Made by a program: the position numbers and the translations under genes | The notes under the pieces: generated by a model | The model's input: only the letters and a program-made list of their open reading frames with translations | The model's database searches: none | What the model was told of the DNA's origin: nothing | Source: Calcarisporiella thermophila CBS 279.70 | Taxonomy: Eukaryota; Fungi; Calcarisporiellomycota | DNA length: 64,000 nt | Assembly: GCF_041956535.1 (NCBI RefSeq) | Contig: NW_027192196.1 | Coordinates: forward strand, 576,921 to 640,920 | Reading direction: 5' to 3' | Shown here: in pieces, positions 49,805 through 62,658 of the stretch | Position numbering within the stretch: the first letter of the stretch is position 1 | How the letters are laid out: every line of letters starts with the position of its first letter

Positions 49805-51440
49805 CAACATGCTCTCTGAATTCATACTACTTCTTTTTTCTGACACCTTGTTTATTTTATCTCTCTGCGCTTATATTGGTTGGTGGGGGAGGGGGAGCGG
49901 GGGAGAGGACGAAGATAAAGTTGCAAGAAACTATGTTAAAACTTTTTTCCCATTGTTTGTTTTGCGCTTCAGCTTCGGTACTCTATTTTGTTTTACGTGT
50001 ATAGAATTTTGGACTTCTTTTTTTTCAAGTGCTAGTGCTGAAGAGGGGTGACACCATGCCCCAGCGCAAATAAGGAAGGTTGGCTCATGCGCCAGCAAGG
50101 AGAGAAATAAGGGTGGGAAGATGTCGAAAAATGCAGACTGTGACATTTGGTTTGACTTTCCTGGAGGGAGGAGAGGGAGCCTGCCCAAAGGGGAAGAAAG
50201 TGGACGGCTCGGAAGAATCGAAAAGCCAGAGCACAACGACGGTTCGAGATAGAAAGCGTGGTTGTGCCCAAGCCCAAGCAAAAGCCGAGCAAGCTTGGTG
50301 ACACTTGCGCGTCTTGTGTAAGTTGGCCGAGCTACGGGGACGTGGGAGGGTGCGCTGCCGAGCACGCATCAGCAAATGACGCAAAGGTTAGCCTGTTCTG
50401 TTGTCATCCGGCGCCGCTAATGGGGCCACTTCCCATGCCCGATAAGCTCAGGCCATTAGGACTTATAAGTCATTTTGCACATGAGCCCGGTCCGCCATGG
50501 CCATCGTGAAGAGGCCACCTCATCTACCCTCGCCAAGTCGCGAGCCTCCCCCCTAGACCTCCGGCCCAGCCGCACGCCCGTGGAGGCGGCGAGGTGGAGG
50601 AGGGGTCGGCCGGGCAGGACGGCTCATCCTGGGGCTGGGAAGCGCACACTTCCATCGGAAGGCATCGTGGCACTTTCATTTGGACCCAAATGGTGCCCCA
50701 CCGTTTCGCGTGCCAGAAGAAAGTCACAGCCACGCGTCGTCGATAATGCCATTTCCAACCGCTCCCGGCAGCAATATAACCATTTCCTAGCGGGGAAAGT
50801 GTGAAACGGAACAAACGGTCAAGAAACTCTGTCGCAGCAAACTTAGATTGCGGAAATAAGAGACAGCAAAAGATGGCTTTATTGTAACTCTAATCCAGAT
50901 CCATAAGTCCATATTGGGCGGCGGGCCAATCCGCGCGCGCGCGCCAGATTGGGCCATACAACAACAACTAACAAACCCTAATCTAAATTTGATCCTTTTT
51001 CATAATTCACGTTTTCAGACAGAGCGGGAGAGGGAGGCCGGCTCCTAATGGTTCTCTGCTCGTTGACGCGCGCGCCGCTACCTTTTTGATCTGTCTTTCC
51101 GGTTTTATATAACTTGTCGCCCTCCGTTTTTTTTTCCCCTAGTGTTCATTTTCATATTCTCTGCTCCTCCTCCCCCTCCACCCGCGCCGCCCGGCCTCGC
51201 TTATAAAAAAACTACTCCCCCCCTCCTCGCCATTCCCCAGCTTCTCGCGCCGCTCTCCTCTATTTATTCTATCTATCTTTATCTTTATCCTTATCTTTAT
51301 TATTATTATTTATTATGCAGTTTGCTCCTTCTGAGCCTGGGTACGTCGCGCCTCCTCTGCTCCCTGTCGCAAGCGATCACTAACCTCTTGTATGTTTGCC
51401 TTCCTCTCTCCCCCCTGCCGCTCCGCTTAGCTTGGGCATC

Positions 51441-53127
51441 ATGTCACTCTCATCGGCCCAGCATTTCTCCACTCATTCTCAGGCCCACTTTGGGCAGTAT
51501 GGCTATCCCCACTCCCGACTTGACGAGTTGAGTTGCTTTTGGTCATCATGTTTGCTAATCCAATGTCGACTGACCGCTCCTATTTGCAATGATTAGTCAT
51601 TACGTGAATGATCCTGGGAAGGGGCAGAACATCGTCGACAGCTCTCTCCTGAACCATCCCTTCACGTCCTCGGGCTATAGCCTCCCCCCCTTGGGTATAG
51701 CCTCGCCCCCTGGAGGTCTCGCCAGCCCCGTCACCCCGCTCACGGCAAGCCCAACTGATTTCCACCAGACACGCACATTCTTCAGCGAGTCCCCCACGCT
51801 GAACGGCCGCGACCTGGAGCCGGACGCATCGAGGGAATCGAACGAAGGCATCTCTTTGGCCAGCAGGTAAGCTTCTCGTTAAAACCGACCATGGATCGCG
51901 GTCGTCTAATCCTCACGCCCCCAGCAGTCACATCCCCAGCACCCTCCGCTACATCGCCCGCCTCGATGCAAGAACCGCCATCTCCACCCGGCCAGACGAG
52001 GCGACGATGACCTACCTGAACAAGAGCCAAAACTACACCCTCTTCCTCCAGAGCTCGGACTATGCCGGCGACGTCACCTGCACGGTCCGCCTCATGTTCC
52101 ACGAGCCTCGTGATCAGGCCAAGCAGAGTACCCTCTGGCGCATGTGGCTTAAACTGCATCATTCGACCTCGCGTGTGATCGAGGCGGAGACGGCTTCGGC
52201 GGTCAACGCTTACAACTTCGAGCAGCTGGGCTTCGACCGCGTGCGCTTCCAGTGGAACGCCGCGCAGGGGGCCCACGTGCAGCTGCGCTTCAACTGCCTC
52301 TCCACCGACTTCTCCATGATCAAGGGGGTCAAGGGCATCCCCCTGCGCCTCCACGTGTCGAACCGCGTGGAGGGAGTTCCGCACACGTCCGAGGCGTGCT
52401 ACTGCCGCGTGAAGCTCTTCCGGGATAAGGGCGCATGCCGCAAGCACAAGGACGATCTTGCGCAGATCAAGAAGCAGATGAAGAAAATGAAGGAGGCCGA
52501 TGCCCCCATGCCCACCACCTACTTGGGCTCGCAGCACACTTTGTTGGTTGGGTACACGCCCGACGAGTTGGCCGACGTGATGGACGACGAGTACGGCCTA
52601 GACATTTCCGAGATGGCGCAAGAGGTCGCGGAAGAGGATGGAGAGGGTGACTTTGAGCCGGTGCCCTCGCTGGTTCGGCGCCGCAAGTTCTCGGCCCTGG
52701 AGGCGGAACCGCTGGACTACGACCCCACCTACGTCCCGGTGAAGAAGCGCAAGAAAGGTTTGTCATCTGTTGCCGCGGTTTTTCTGCTTTGCTGAACACG
52801 AAAAATAACGTTGCGCCTCTTGGCGTTTCCAATGGTCTAGTGTTGTGTCTGTTTGTCAAGCGCCCCAAGGAAGTACAGTATCGGGCCATCTATCTGCACC
52901 AAATTAGCCTGGAGGACTTGATTGCCAAAATTGCCGAAAAATTCGAGTTCGATGCATTTCTGGTCGGGCAAGTGATGCGCTACACGAGCCAGGGCTTGAC
53001 AGTGCGTGTCGACAAAGGCACTATCGAGCAACTCAACGACGAAACGCCCATCACCATCGAGTTATTGCGTCCCGCGGGGGTCCCCAGCTTCAGCTCGAGA
53101 AGTTGCACGCTGGCTATGCACTTCTAA
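51441..53127 (+). CDS. CP2/Grainyhead-family transcription factor
   Basis: MTYLNKSQNY, FNCLSTDFSMIKGVKGIPLRL, CYCRVKLFRDKGACRKHKDD, and C-terminal YRAIYL..LEDLIAKIAEK. Three coding introns plus a probable 5'UTR intron at 51341-51430. Confidence 0.92.
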
Positions 53128-53858
53128 ACTCATGAGGGTTTCAGTAAATGTATATCGTCGACTCATCCTTGGACTCGTTCTCTCACTCTCTCTCACACTC
53201 TCTCCCCCCACCCACCGCTCTCTCCTTGTCCTCAATGGTGCATTCATGAGCTCCAAGCCACTCTCTTCGGTGAAGGAGTAGTTTTTTTTTCGAGATCCTC
53301 GTTATCTCAAGTTGCATTTATCCTTTCAACTGAAAATCAATCACTGAAAAATGCATTCTTTTTATTATGTTAAGTGTGCCTTATAATTTTCTTTTTCCCT
53401 CCCTTTTTTAATTTGTGTAGATACCGTGAGAGAACAATACGTGCTCTCGTTTTTATTTGATTTTTTATTTTTTATTTTCCTCTATATATTTCAAAGTGGC
53501 GAGTGAGTGCTCATTGTAAACTAGTCAAATTCTCACTTGATGATTGTTTTCCTTTTTTTTTTTCAACCCAGACGGCAGATGTCTTTATTTTTTTTTCCAT
53601 TTCATTAACACTCTCAATACGTCTTCTGTGTTCAGTCAGTTCCAGTTCCAGTTCCATTCAGGTAGAATAAAATTTCAGTTTGTTCGCGAACAAAAGCGAT
53701 CTTGGGTAGAGTTCGTGACTGCTCTCCGGGGAAACCAAATCACATGTGTGCGGTCCGCAATAAGTATCACAAGCGTTCTAAATTTTTGCGTGGAGATCTT
53801 CTCAGTCTATTCACTAGCAATTCGTCCTCGGACCTATCAAGAATTATATCTATCGGAA

Positions 53859-54631
53859 ATGGCTCGTAATCTCATCAGGAAACGACGCGAACGCCCGCTG
53901 AATGCCACCATTCTCTTCCCGGAGCTGCAGCGGGAGCTGGAAAAGAACCCTCGGCTCTGTGGCAATCTGAAAGGCTACTTCATAGTTACGGTGAAAAAGA
54001 AGGGCGAACCCAAGGCTGAATGGTATGATTCCCTCCCTATTTTTTTGTCCGCCTGATCTCGGCAGCTTCCTCTAGCATGAATATTGCATGCTCAGCGAGT
54101 GCATCTTAATGGCCGGTCGTTGCTAGAGATACTCGTCTATTATTGTCTTGTATCCAACAGTGCTAACATGTCTTGATTTTATTTTTATATTTTTCATCTC
54201 AAATCATATCGTCCAATGTGTCTAGGTATCTGCTCTTCCAAGGTAATTCATCTCGTTCTCTTCCGCTCTCAATCAGTGTTTATTGGCTAAGCCCTATTTC
54301 TATGCGCTATCGCTCCATTTTAGGTCAAGAGAAGCCCCCCGTGATATCCTCGCAGCGCCCCGCGATTCCACAGCAGATTCCTCCAGACGCCGAGCGGCAG
54401 AACGCGGACTCCTTACCGGTGGTGTTGATCGAAATCGAGGACTCTGATCTGCTCAATTTCATCACCGGTGGGCTGACAGGTTGGGGGGCGATCGTGTCGG
54501 GGAAAGCGAAAATTGCTGGCGATTTGATGCTGGCCCAGAAAATGGAGGAGGTGTTTAAGAAGGCGGGTGGGGTGGAGAAAGTGCTCGGCTTCTTGAAGGC
54601 GAACAAGATACAGGCGCCTTCTAAACTGTGA
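53859..54631 (+). CDS. SCP2 sterol-binding-domain protein with PTS1
   Basis: IEIEDSDLLNFITGGL..AIVSGKAKIAGDLMLAQKM, ending -SKL*. Exons 53859-54022, 54226-54242 and 54324-54631. Confidence 0.85.
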
Positions 54632-54984
54632 CCGGTTCTATCTAGAGTGCCTCTCGGACCCTGTTTTTGTGTCTGTTCTATACTGTTGTGCTGTTAGTTG
54701 TATCGAGACCCGTCTTTGCACTAGAATACATATCTTTGCTTTTCTCGCTCTCTTTATGGCCAACAAGGGAGATCTTTATCTTTATAAAAAAAAAATCATA
54801 CAAGGGAGAGAAAATCCATCGTTTCATCCAACAGAAAATAATAAAATTCAATAAAAGCAAACAAAGAAAAGGAGGAGGATGACAAAAGAAAGAAGAAAGA
54901 AAGAGAGAGAGAGGAAGAGAAAGAAGAGGGATAAAGAAAAATGAAAAGCAGCTGTGATTTATTTATTTCTGGTGGTCGAAAAGT

Positions 54985-55893
54985 TTATTCAACCTTTTCT
55001 CCTCCGACCTCGTTCTCCTTCAAGAGGGAGTCGATTTCCCCGGCGGTGAAGATGTGGTGATGAATCTTGCCCTCCACCAGACGAATGGTTGCAAACTCCA
55101 GCTTCTCGTTGTTAAGCGATGTGCTGTCCATCGTCTTGCTCAGCACTTTAACGGCCAAGGAGCAGGCCTCCTGCAGTGTCATATCGTCCTTATAGTCCTG
55201 CTTGAGGATGCTTTGTGCACTTGCGTTGTTGGCGCCAATGCATGTTGCTTTCCAGCCGCCATAGTTGCCTGACGGATCCGAGTGGTAGAGCTGGAAGCCG
55301 TATTGAGTGTCCCAGCCGGCATAGATAAATGAAACACCGAAGGGACGCAGACCACCGTATTGTGTATAGCCCTGCTTGACATCGCACAGCCGCTGTACCA
55401 GCTGCTCGCAAGGGATCTCCTCATTATAGGTGTAGAGATATCGCTGTGCATGAACACGGGCTTGAGCAATAAGGATGTTGGCATCCGCAGTAATACCCGC
55501 CACTCCGCAAATCATATTGCTAAATTAAAACATAGATGGGAAGGGACTTTAGTTGTTTTTAGAGGTCTTTGGTGAGGAAGTGCAGATAACCCACTCATTC
55601 AGCACGTAGATCTTCTCACTCGTGATCGATTGCTCTAACAGCTTCCCGGTTACTTTCTTTTCTGCCGCCAAGGCAATGCCATCCTTGGCGAGGATTCCAA
55701 GGACAGTGCCGGCATGTGAAATCGCCTCCATAGCATATTCGACCTGATAGAGCCGACCTGGATCGAGAGAATAGAAAGAGAAGATTCATAAGATCAAGGG
55801 GACACTATCTACCTATTATAATCCGGTGTCAAGAAAGCAATCCTAACCTTCGGGTGAGAAGATGGTTGTGCGGGCATCATATCTCCGAGCCAT
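54985..55893 (-). CDS. PRE9: 20S proteasome subunit alpha-3
   Basis: [16 protein letters not shown]|[32 protein letters not shown] and [16 protein letters not shown]. Confidence 0.97.
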
Positions 55894-56440
55894 TTTGTGA
55901 ATTAAATTGGATCAGCTATGAAAATTGCAGTTAAACAAGCGAAGACGCGAAACAAGGGAGACGACAAAAAGGTCAAGTAGTCGAGTTTGCGTCATAAAAC
56001 AAAGATGACGCGTACATGGATTTCAAAAATTACGGCCGAAGGGACTGCTTTGGTCCCCAAGAAATTCTCTCGAAATGGAGGCCCTCGCTTCGCTGTAAAT
56101 TTGGCTCAAGGCCACAGCCGAAATTCCGCCTGAAACGATGGAAGTATTGAGGGAGGGAGCAAATATAGCATCATTTCAATTATGACACTAATGCCCTCTT
56201 TGAAAGCAGAAGTCTAGTGTAATCCTACATCAAGAGAATAGTCTTGGCCTGCTCAGCTGAAAGCCATCCTTATCCATTCTCAATACTGTAACAGAGCCGA
56301 TTTTTTTGATATAAGACGACTTAATGATCTCTATACAACGCACTCCAGCCACAATTCAACTACTAATCAAGCAAATGCAAAAGCAGTCATAGCGATATCT
56401 CTTTCTAGTAATTTATTTGCAAACCAAAAAGTTATCAGCT

Positions 56441-57195
56441 ATGGGCGCAAGTGCATCCAAGCACGCGGCTCGTCAATTCCCGCGCGGGCCAAAACCAGAA
56501 CCACTTCAGCGCGTGCGAGAAAATCCTGCCACGCCTTCTCCACAAGAGTCACATAGAGCAACGTTAGATTCAAGAGTGAGCGAGAAAGCCCTTGCACAAG
56601 GTACGATACTTTTGACTGCGTAGCCTACTCGTCGTTGAAATGAGGCTGGCCCTCTAGTTTGTAATTCTAATTGGTTCTATGCAATATGTAATGTTATATG
56701 TAGAGACGAAAGACGAAAGCATTCAGCAGGAAAATGTGGATCCTCAATTTCTAGAAAATCTCGCCAAAATTGGTCAAGTTCAGGTACATAATCCAACCAT
56801 CAGTAGGGCGCAGGTTTGTTATCTTTATTTCGCAGCACCTCTTACGATAGATCGTACCTCTCATAATGGTGAGCGCTTTTTTTTGTATTTAGTCATCTAA
56901 ACTCTTGAACATTGTGCGCAACCGCCAAAAGAGAGAGGAGGAATCGGCAGAGCAGCGGGACAGGCTCACTGTCTCGGCTCTCCGTCAACTGCTCGAGCAG
57001 CGATCCCTCGGCGTGGAAAAGTTGGCGAGTGCATATAACCTCGAGAAAGACACAGTAAAAAATCTCCTTGAGAGATTAAATACATACCCGGCCCCACAGG
57101 AGGATTTGGATGAGCCTGAACTAGCTGTCTGGATAGAGGATCACGAGGCATTTCGTCGAGAACGGCAAAAGAAAACTTCATCGAACATTTCATAA
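56441..57195 (+). CDS. Uncharacterised small protein (N-terminal MGASASK; possibly NDUFAF4-like)
   Basis: Three exons join in frame (MGASASKHAARQFP.., DPQFLENLAKIGQV, LTVSALRQLLE..LASAYNLE). The family assignment is tentative. Confidence 0.6.
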
Positions 57196-57311
57196 TAAAG
57201 GACATTGGTATCTTAACTCCATTCTGACCATTTGAGATTTCGCAGTCACGCGCTTCTTGAAGTTGGTGTTCAAGCGCTATTAGCTCTTCGAATATATAGG
57301 ACACTCTAACA

Positions 57312-60300
57312 ATGCTTGCGCGATCTGAGAATTCCTTTTTTCGAAAAACACGAAATGCAATAGTAAAACATGTTAGAGAGAGTAGGTGTAGCAGTAGATA
57401 TATCCTCGTTTGGAGTCTTTAATTGACGATGGTCATTAGGATATATTCGAGATGACATTCCTTGTTTGTCAAAATGTTGCCCCGAGTTGCCACCCTGCTA
57501 TAAGAGATTGCCGACCGAATCCGGGGTGCTCTCACCCGATGCCATTCATTATATCATTCCGGATATCTCGGTTGGTTATATGTTTGAAATGAAAATTGAA
57601 AACGCGACCATTCATCCAACTTCTCCATTATACTTCACATCCCTGCACACAATCAGGTTGCCGGTCGGTATTCGGAGATTCTCGAGTACGAAGAATTAAA
57701 AAATATAATTATCACCCAAACAGTTATTGAGAGGGTAGCCCAATGTCCTCTATTTCCTCTATGGGTATATGACTGATTCCTTTGCTTCTCTTCCAGCTTC
57801 TACAATATGATAAACATCGTACGTGTCGCCGGCTGCGGCAATTAGTCTCAGAACCTCAGAAGCACACTGTCCTCTTCTCCAATGAAAATTTTGCCCACAC
57901 CCATATCGAGCGGTTTCCAGGTGAGGAGATAAAGAACCGAGATTGGAGAGGTGAGGTTTGGGCAACCTAGTTTTTTTTTTCAATGGTGACTGTAACTATA
58001 ATTGCACCCTTTCTCTCCATTAGCTATCTGTAAAGTGGCTAGCTGGTATCGACTCCATTTAAGGAACCAGATCCCAATTATTATTCTTTCAGAACAGGTA
58101 TTGCATATTTCACTTTTCTACAAGTAAGCGGATATGAATCTATAAAGAAAATTTTTAACGCAGTTTCAACAAGCGGATCTAACATTGGTGGGAGAAACGC
58201 CGGGCATACATGTCTACTCTTTGCCCGATTATCTTTCCGAGTTTTGGCCGCAACATTCTACCCTGCATAACTTGATGGATTCACTCAAGGATGCCATATT
58301 CGAGGAGGATTTAGGTGTGATTAAGATTGGTGGAAAGGCAAATGAAAAGGGCGCTGCAACTGACTTTGAAGAGGTACCTATTTTTGGTTGCATCCTAATT
58401 TTGAGGATCCTACTAATACAATATCACGGGGAGATAGTACAAAACCACGGAAGAACTCGAGTCGGGCATCAAGTCCGGGAGATACCACCAGGGAATCCTT
58501 CGTGTCAACTCTAATCACCGTGATGAGGCACTAGTTAACTGCGGGTCCCGCTTAGGCTCAGACATCATCATTATTGGGAATCAAAACCGCAATCGAGCCG
58601 GTAATTGTGCTGCCTCCGATTGCGCTGGCAAAATGTTACACTAACAAAGAACTTGGACATAGTGCACGGTGATTTGGTGGTGGTGGAGCTACTTTCCGAG
58701 CGTTTAAAAGCGACGGGGGTTACTCAAATCTCATATGAGATGCATTCAGCTCAAGGAGTGGACGGTAGGAGTTCTCATTTTGACTATATGTGTTAAATAC
58801 TCGAAAATCCTCACTACCCGGGTATCGCTGTGTAAAGATTCCGAGGAAGCCATCTCTTGGGATTCAACAGAATCTCTTCCTACAGGAAGAGTTGTTGGCA
58901 TATTGTCTCGTAACTGGCGCGCCTACGTTGCCACCATACAAGAGGATGACATCGAGCAGGGCGGCTCATTTCATCTCGCTGTTCCACTGTAAGTGATTTG
59001 GTTTCTTTGCTTATGCTGTTTGAGTGAATTCAGTCCTATTTTTTGTCAGTTTATCCATCATCCCGAAAGTTCGAATCAGACATCGCAATGTCAATTCCAT
59101 AGTCGGCCAACGCATTGTTGTTCGAATTGATAGCTGGTCAGTACCTCTTCGATATAATTTAGTCTGTTTAAAACGGCATCATTCATCCTACATGCATAAG
59201 TGTTTAGGCCTGCTAATTCCCAGTATCCAAATGGTCATTATGTTCGAAGTCTTGGGCCCATCCATCAACTTGATACCGAAATCCAAGCTATCCTTGTTGA
59301 ACACGAAATTGGAGTGTCGCAGGCTATTTCTGGCTTTTCAGAGGCTTCATTGCGGGAGATGCCGGTGGACACGGAGGAAACGCCATGGCTACCTGATCAG
59401 GTAAGTTCTTCTCTCTTCGCTAGCTATTTAGCTCATAGTAAACGATTCACCCAATCTACTTTGATTGAAGGATGAGGTCGAGAGAAGGAGAGACTTAAGA
59501 TCCACACATCTGATTTTTAGGTGAGTTCTTGTTGATTCACTACGCTGGTACTTGAGCCATTAAATCTATTTCTTTCAAACCAGCATTGATCCGCCGAACT
59601 GTCAGGATATCGATGGTGGGATGACTGCTTCAGCTAATCGTGGTTGGATGTATAACCGGCTGGCTCACTTCACTATTTTTAGATGCCCTTTCTATACGAG
59701 AGCTCGAGGGTGGTGTAATAGAACTCGGGGTGCATATTGCTGATGTGAGCTTTTTTGTTCATGAGAATAGCAATACGGATCTAGAAGCCCGGTCCAGGTA
59801 GATTTAATTTAAAATTTTATTGAGCTGAGAAAATAACTCTTATTCCCAAGGGGTACTACGGTTTATTTGGCGGATCGACGCTTTGATATGCTTCCGTCCG
59901 TGCTGAGTGAGCGAGTATGTTCTCTGCGAGGAAACCGAGACCGATATGCAGGTATCTGCTCAAAATTAGATATGTAAACGATTTTTTCTTTGGTTGAAGC
60001 TGGAGATATTTTTAGTGTCGGTAATATGGAACATGGACCAGGAAGGGCGAATTTTGGAAACTTGGTTCGGTCGAACTGTGATCAGATCAGCCAGAGAGAT
60101 GGAATACAGGGAAGCACAGCTGCTCCTTGACGATAAAGATGTGGATGGGATTGGTGGGTGATGAACTTCTATTAGGATGTATTTCTGGCTCTAATCGCTA
60201 AACTCAATTGTATGTCTTGCGTGAAGCTCCTGATCTAGCACAAAGGCTGCGAAAAAGTATTAAACAACTCTCAAATATTCTAACCAAAATACGGGTGAGT

Positions 60301-62068
60301 TTAGACGAGCTTTCAGTTTCGTCATCCATTCTTTTACCTCATTTTATTTCCTCCTCCTCCTCCTCCTCCTCCTCCTCTCCCCTTTTTTTAACAGAAACGA
60401 AGGTTTGAAAAGGGCGCCCTTGAACTTGAGAGCACCGAAGTCGAATTCAAGTTTACTACCGAACACGGGATTGCCGACATCAATATCCTTTAACTTCATT
60501 TGCACTATATTAGATTTCTTACGCTTTTGTTTGTACAGTAATGATATTGATCCCTAACGAGCTTCTTCATTCCACCTCCCAAGCAGCCCCTCCTTGTGCA
60601 TAAGTTGGTCGAAGAGGCGATGGTTCTTGCAAATGCCTCTGTCGCCTACCGCATTTACAGCGGCTTACATGATTCCGCCCTATTAAGAAGACACCCTCCT
60701 CCTATCCGCTCCCATTTTCGAAGATTAGAGCTCGCTGCTCAGAGCAGGGTAGTTTGCTCGATTAACCTGAGAAAACAAAAAAGCCGCTAATTTCCTTTTC
60801 ACTCCTTAGGGTATTGAATTTGACGTTAGTTCGAACAAAGCGCTTGCCGAGTCTCTCGCAAGATGTGCAGTATCCAGTGCTGGAGACAAAGAATTTGTAT
60901 GGCTGCTTAAGTCGATGGCCACTATGGCCATGTCCGAGGCAGGGTATATCTCGTCAGGTGCCTACGGGGTGGAGGAATATAGACATTACGGATTGGCATT
61001 AGATTTTTATACTCATTTCACCGTTAGTTGCCTATTCGGTATTCGATGTAGAGTATGGTTTTGATCTTTTATTTTCTCTTTTTATTTGGCATATAGTCAC
61101 CCATTCGAAGATATGCAGACTTGGTCGTCCACCGGCAGTTGTTGGACTGCGAAAGGCAAGGAAACTCTGATACTAACACCTTAGGTCAGAGGCATCAGAG
61201 CGCGCGGCTAAATGAGCTATGCAACCATCTGAATCGAAAGACAAGAGAGTCGAAATTCGCTCAAAAGGTGAGGAGCTTAATTATTTTATTTTAAAAAATG
61301 ATAGACACTACATCCTATTTTTTCAACCTTTAGGATTCCACCGAGCTTTTCCAGGCTCTGTATGTTCTCCAACAGGTAAGTGACATCAAGCCAAAAGTAT
61401 ATCGTCGAACTTGTCCTGAAACTACCTTGTAATCAGTCCAAGATCGGCCCTGTGGTGGAGAGCGGGATCATCTCGGAGATCCGCGAGAATGGCTTCTTGG
61501 TATATGTGCCACGGTTTGGAATTAAAGGGCCCGTATACATCAAGGACAAGGATGGGAACGTGATTGTCCCACAGTCAATTATATCGGGCAAGCTAGAGGA
61601 TGGTAAATATCTATATTTCTCAAACGCGTCCGTAAATCTTCGACCTCTAATCTTTCATTCGAAGAATCCACATTCCTCGAAGACCTCCAAGTAGCCCATT
61701 CCCCAAATGCCATCCAGTTGCATATAGGTGGACGTGTCGTGCAGCTACGCCTCTTTGACCATGTTCGGCTTTCTCTAAAGCTGCACCTATCTCACGCCCA
61801 CCGTCACACTGTGTACATGGTTCTACTGGGGATTGAGGAGCGCAAAATTACACGACAGCATCAGCAAGAGATTAAGGAGATAAAGGGGAAATTGACAGAG
61901 AGGGAGATGAGGGAAACGATTATCGGCGGTGAGAAGGGGGATATTAACTTGGACCATGCAAGATCAGTTGAGAAATTGGAAGAATCTCGCGAAAAAGACA
62001 ATATGTACGAGATATTGGAACGATTCGGGCAGATGTCGATCGTAGAAGTCGACGAGGCTGTGAAATAA
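57312..62068 (+). CDS. DIS3L: DIS3-like exonuclease 1 (PIN, CSD, RNB, S1), many introns
   Basis: VRE|[81 protein letters not shown] and [13 protein letters not shown]|[13 protein letters not shown]. The IPD and PKQPL motifs match DIS3L rather than Dis3/Rrp44. Confidence 0.88.
60349..60376 (+). repeat. (TCC)n microsatellite inside a DIS3L intron
   Basis: Read directly from the sequence. Confidence 0.85.
60483..60575 (+). other. U12-type (minor spliceosome) AT-AC intron
   Basis: Donor ATATCCTTT, branch TCCCTAAC at 60551-60558, acceptor CAC. Removal gives in-frame ..[21 protein letters not shown]. Confidence 0.92.
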
Positions 62069-62658
62069 CACCCATTTTTCCTGTATGGCTAATAAAAGAA
62101 ATAGAGATCCCGTCAGTCTAATTACACAATATGTATAATGTTATAATCAGGCAGCTTCAATTTGTAGAGACAAATCGAGCGTAGCTTTGTGTCATATTCG
62201 CCTTCTGTCTCTTCATTCGGGATTTATATATTTGGCTCCATCAGATCTCTGTTCTATCCTTGCTCTCATTGAAAAGAATTGATCTCTTCTATCAAAAGGG
62301 TTAATTCAAACCACAATTGATTGGAAGAAATCAATTTCAAGAAAAATGGTGTTGTGTAAGCGATCATCTTTTGGAGTGTGATGGAAAACAGACCCGAGAA
62401 GCAAGGAAGATATCGAAGGTAATTGATTAATCAAAAAATATACTCTACCTTTGTCTTTAACTCTTAGTAAAAAAAAAACACGTAAATTAGAGGGAATAAG
62501 TTGGATTTTAACTGCTAAATAATTCAAAGCCAACCGTTGCGCACGGTTTTCCATCGATATTCCATTTTCTATTTCTTCACCTCGCCCCTATTTTCTTGTC
62601 CCTTTATACCACGCATTTAATTGTCGCAGAGACCAATCTAATCAAAGAATAGATCATA

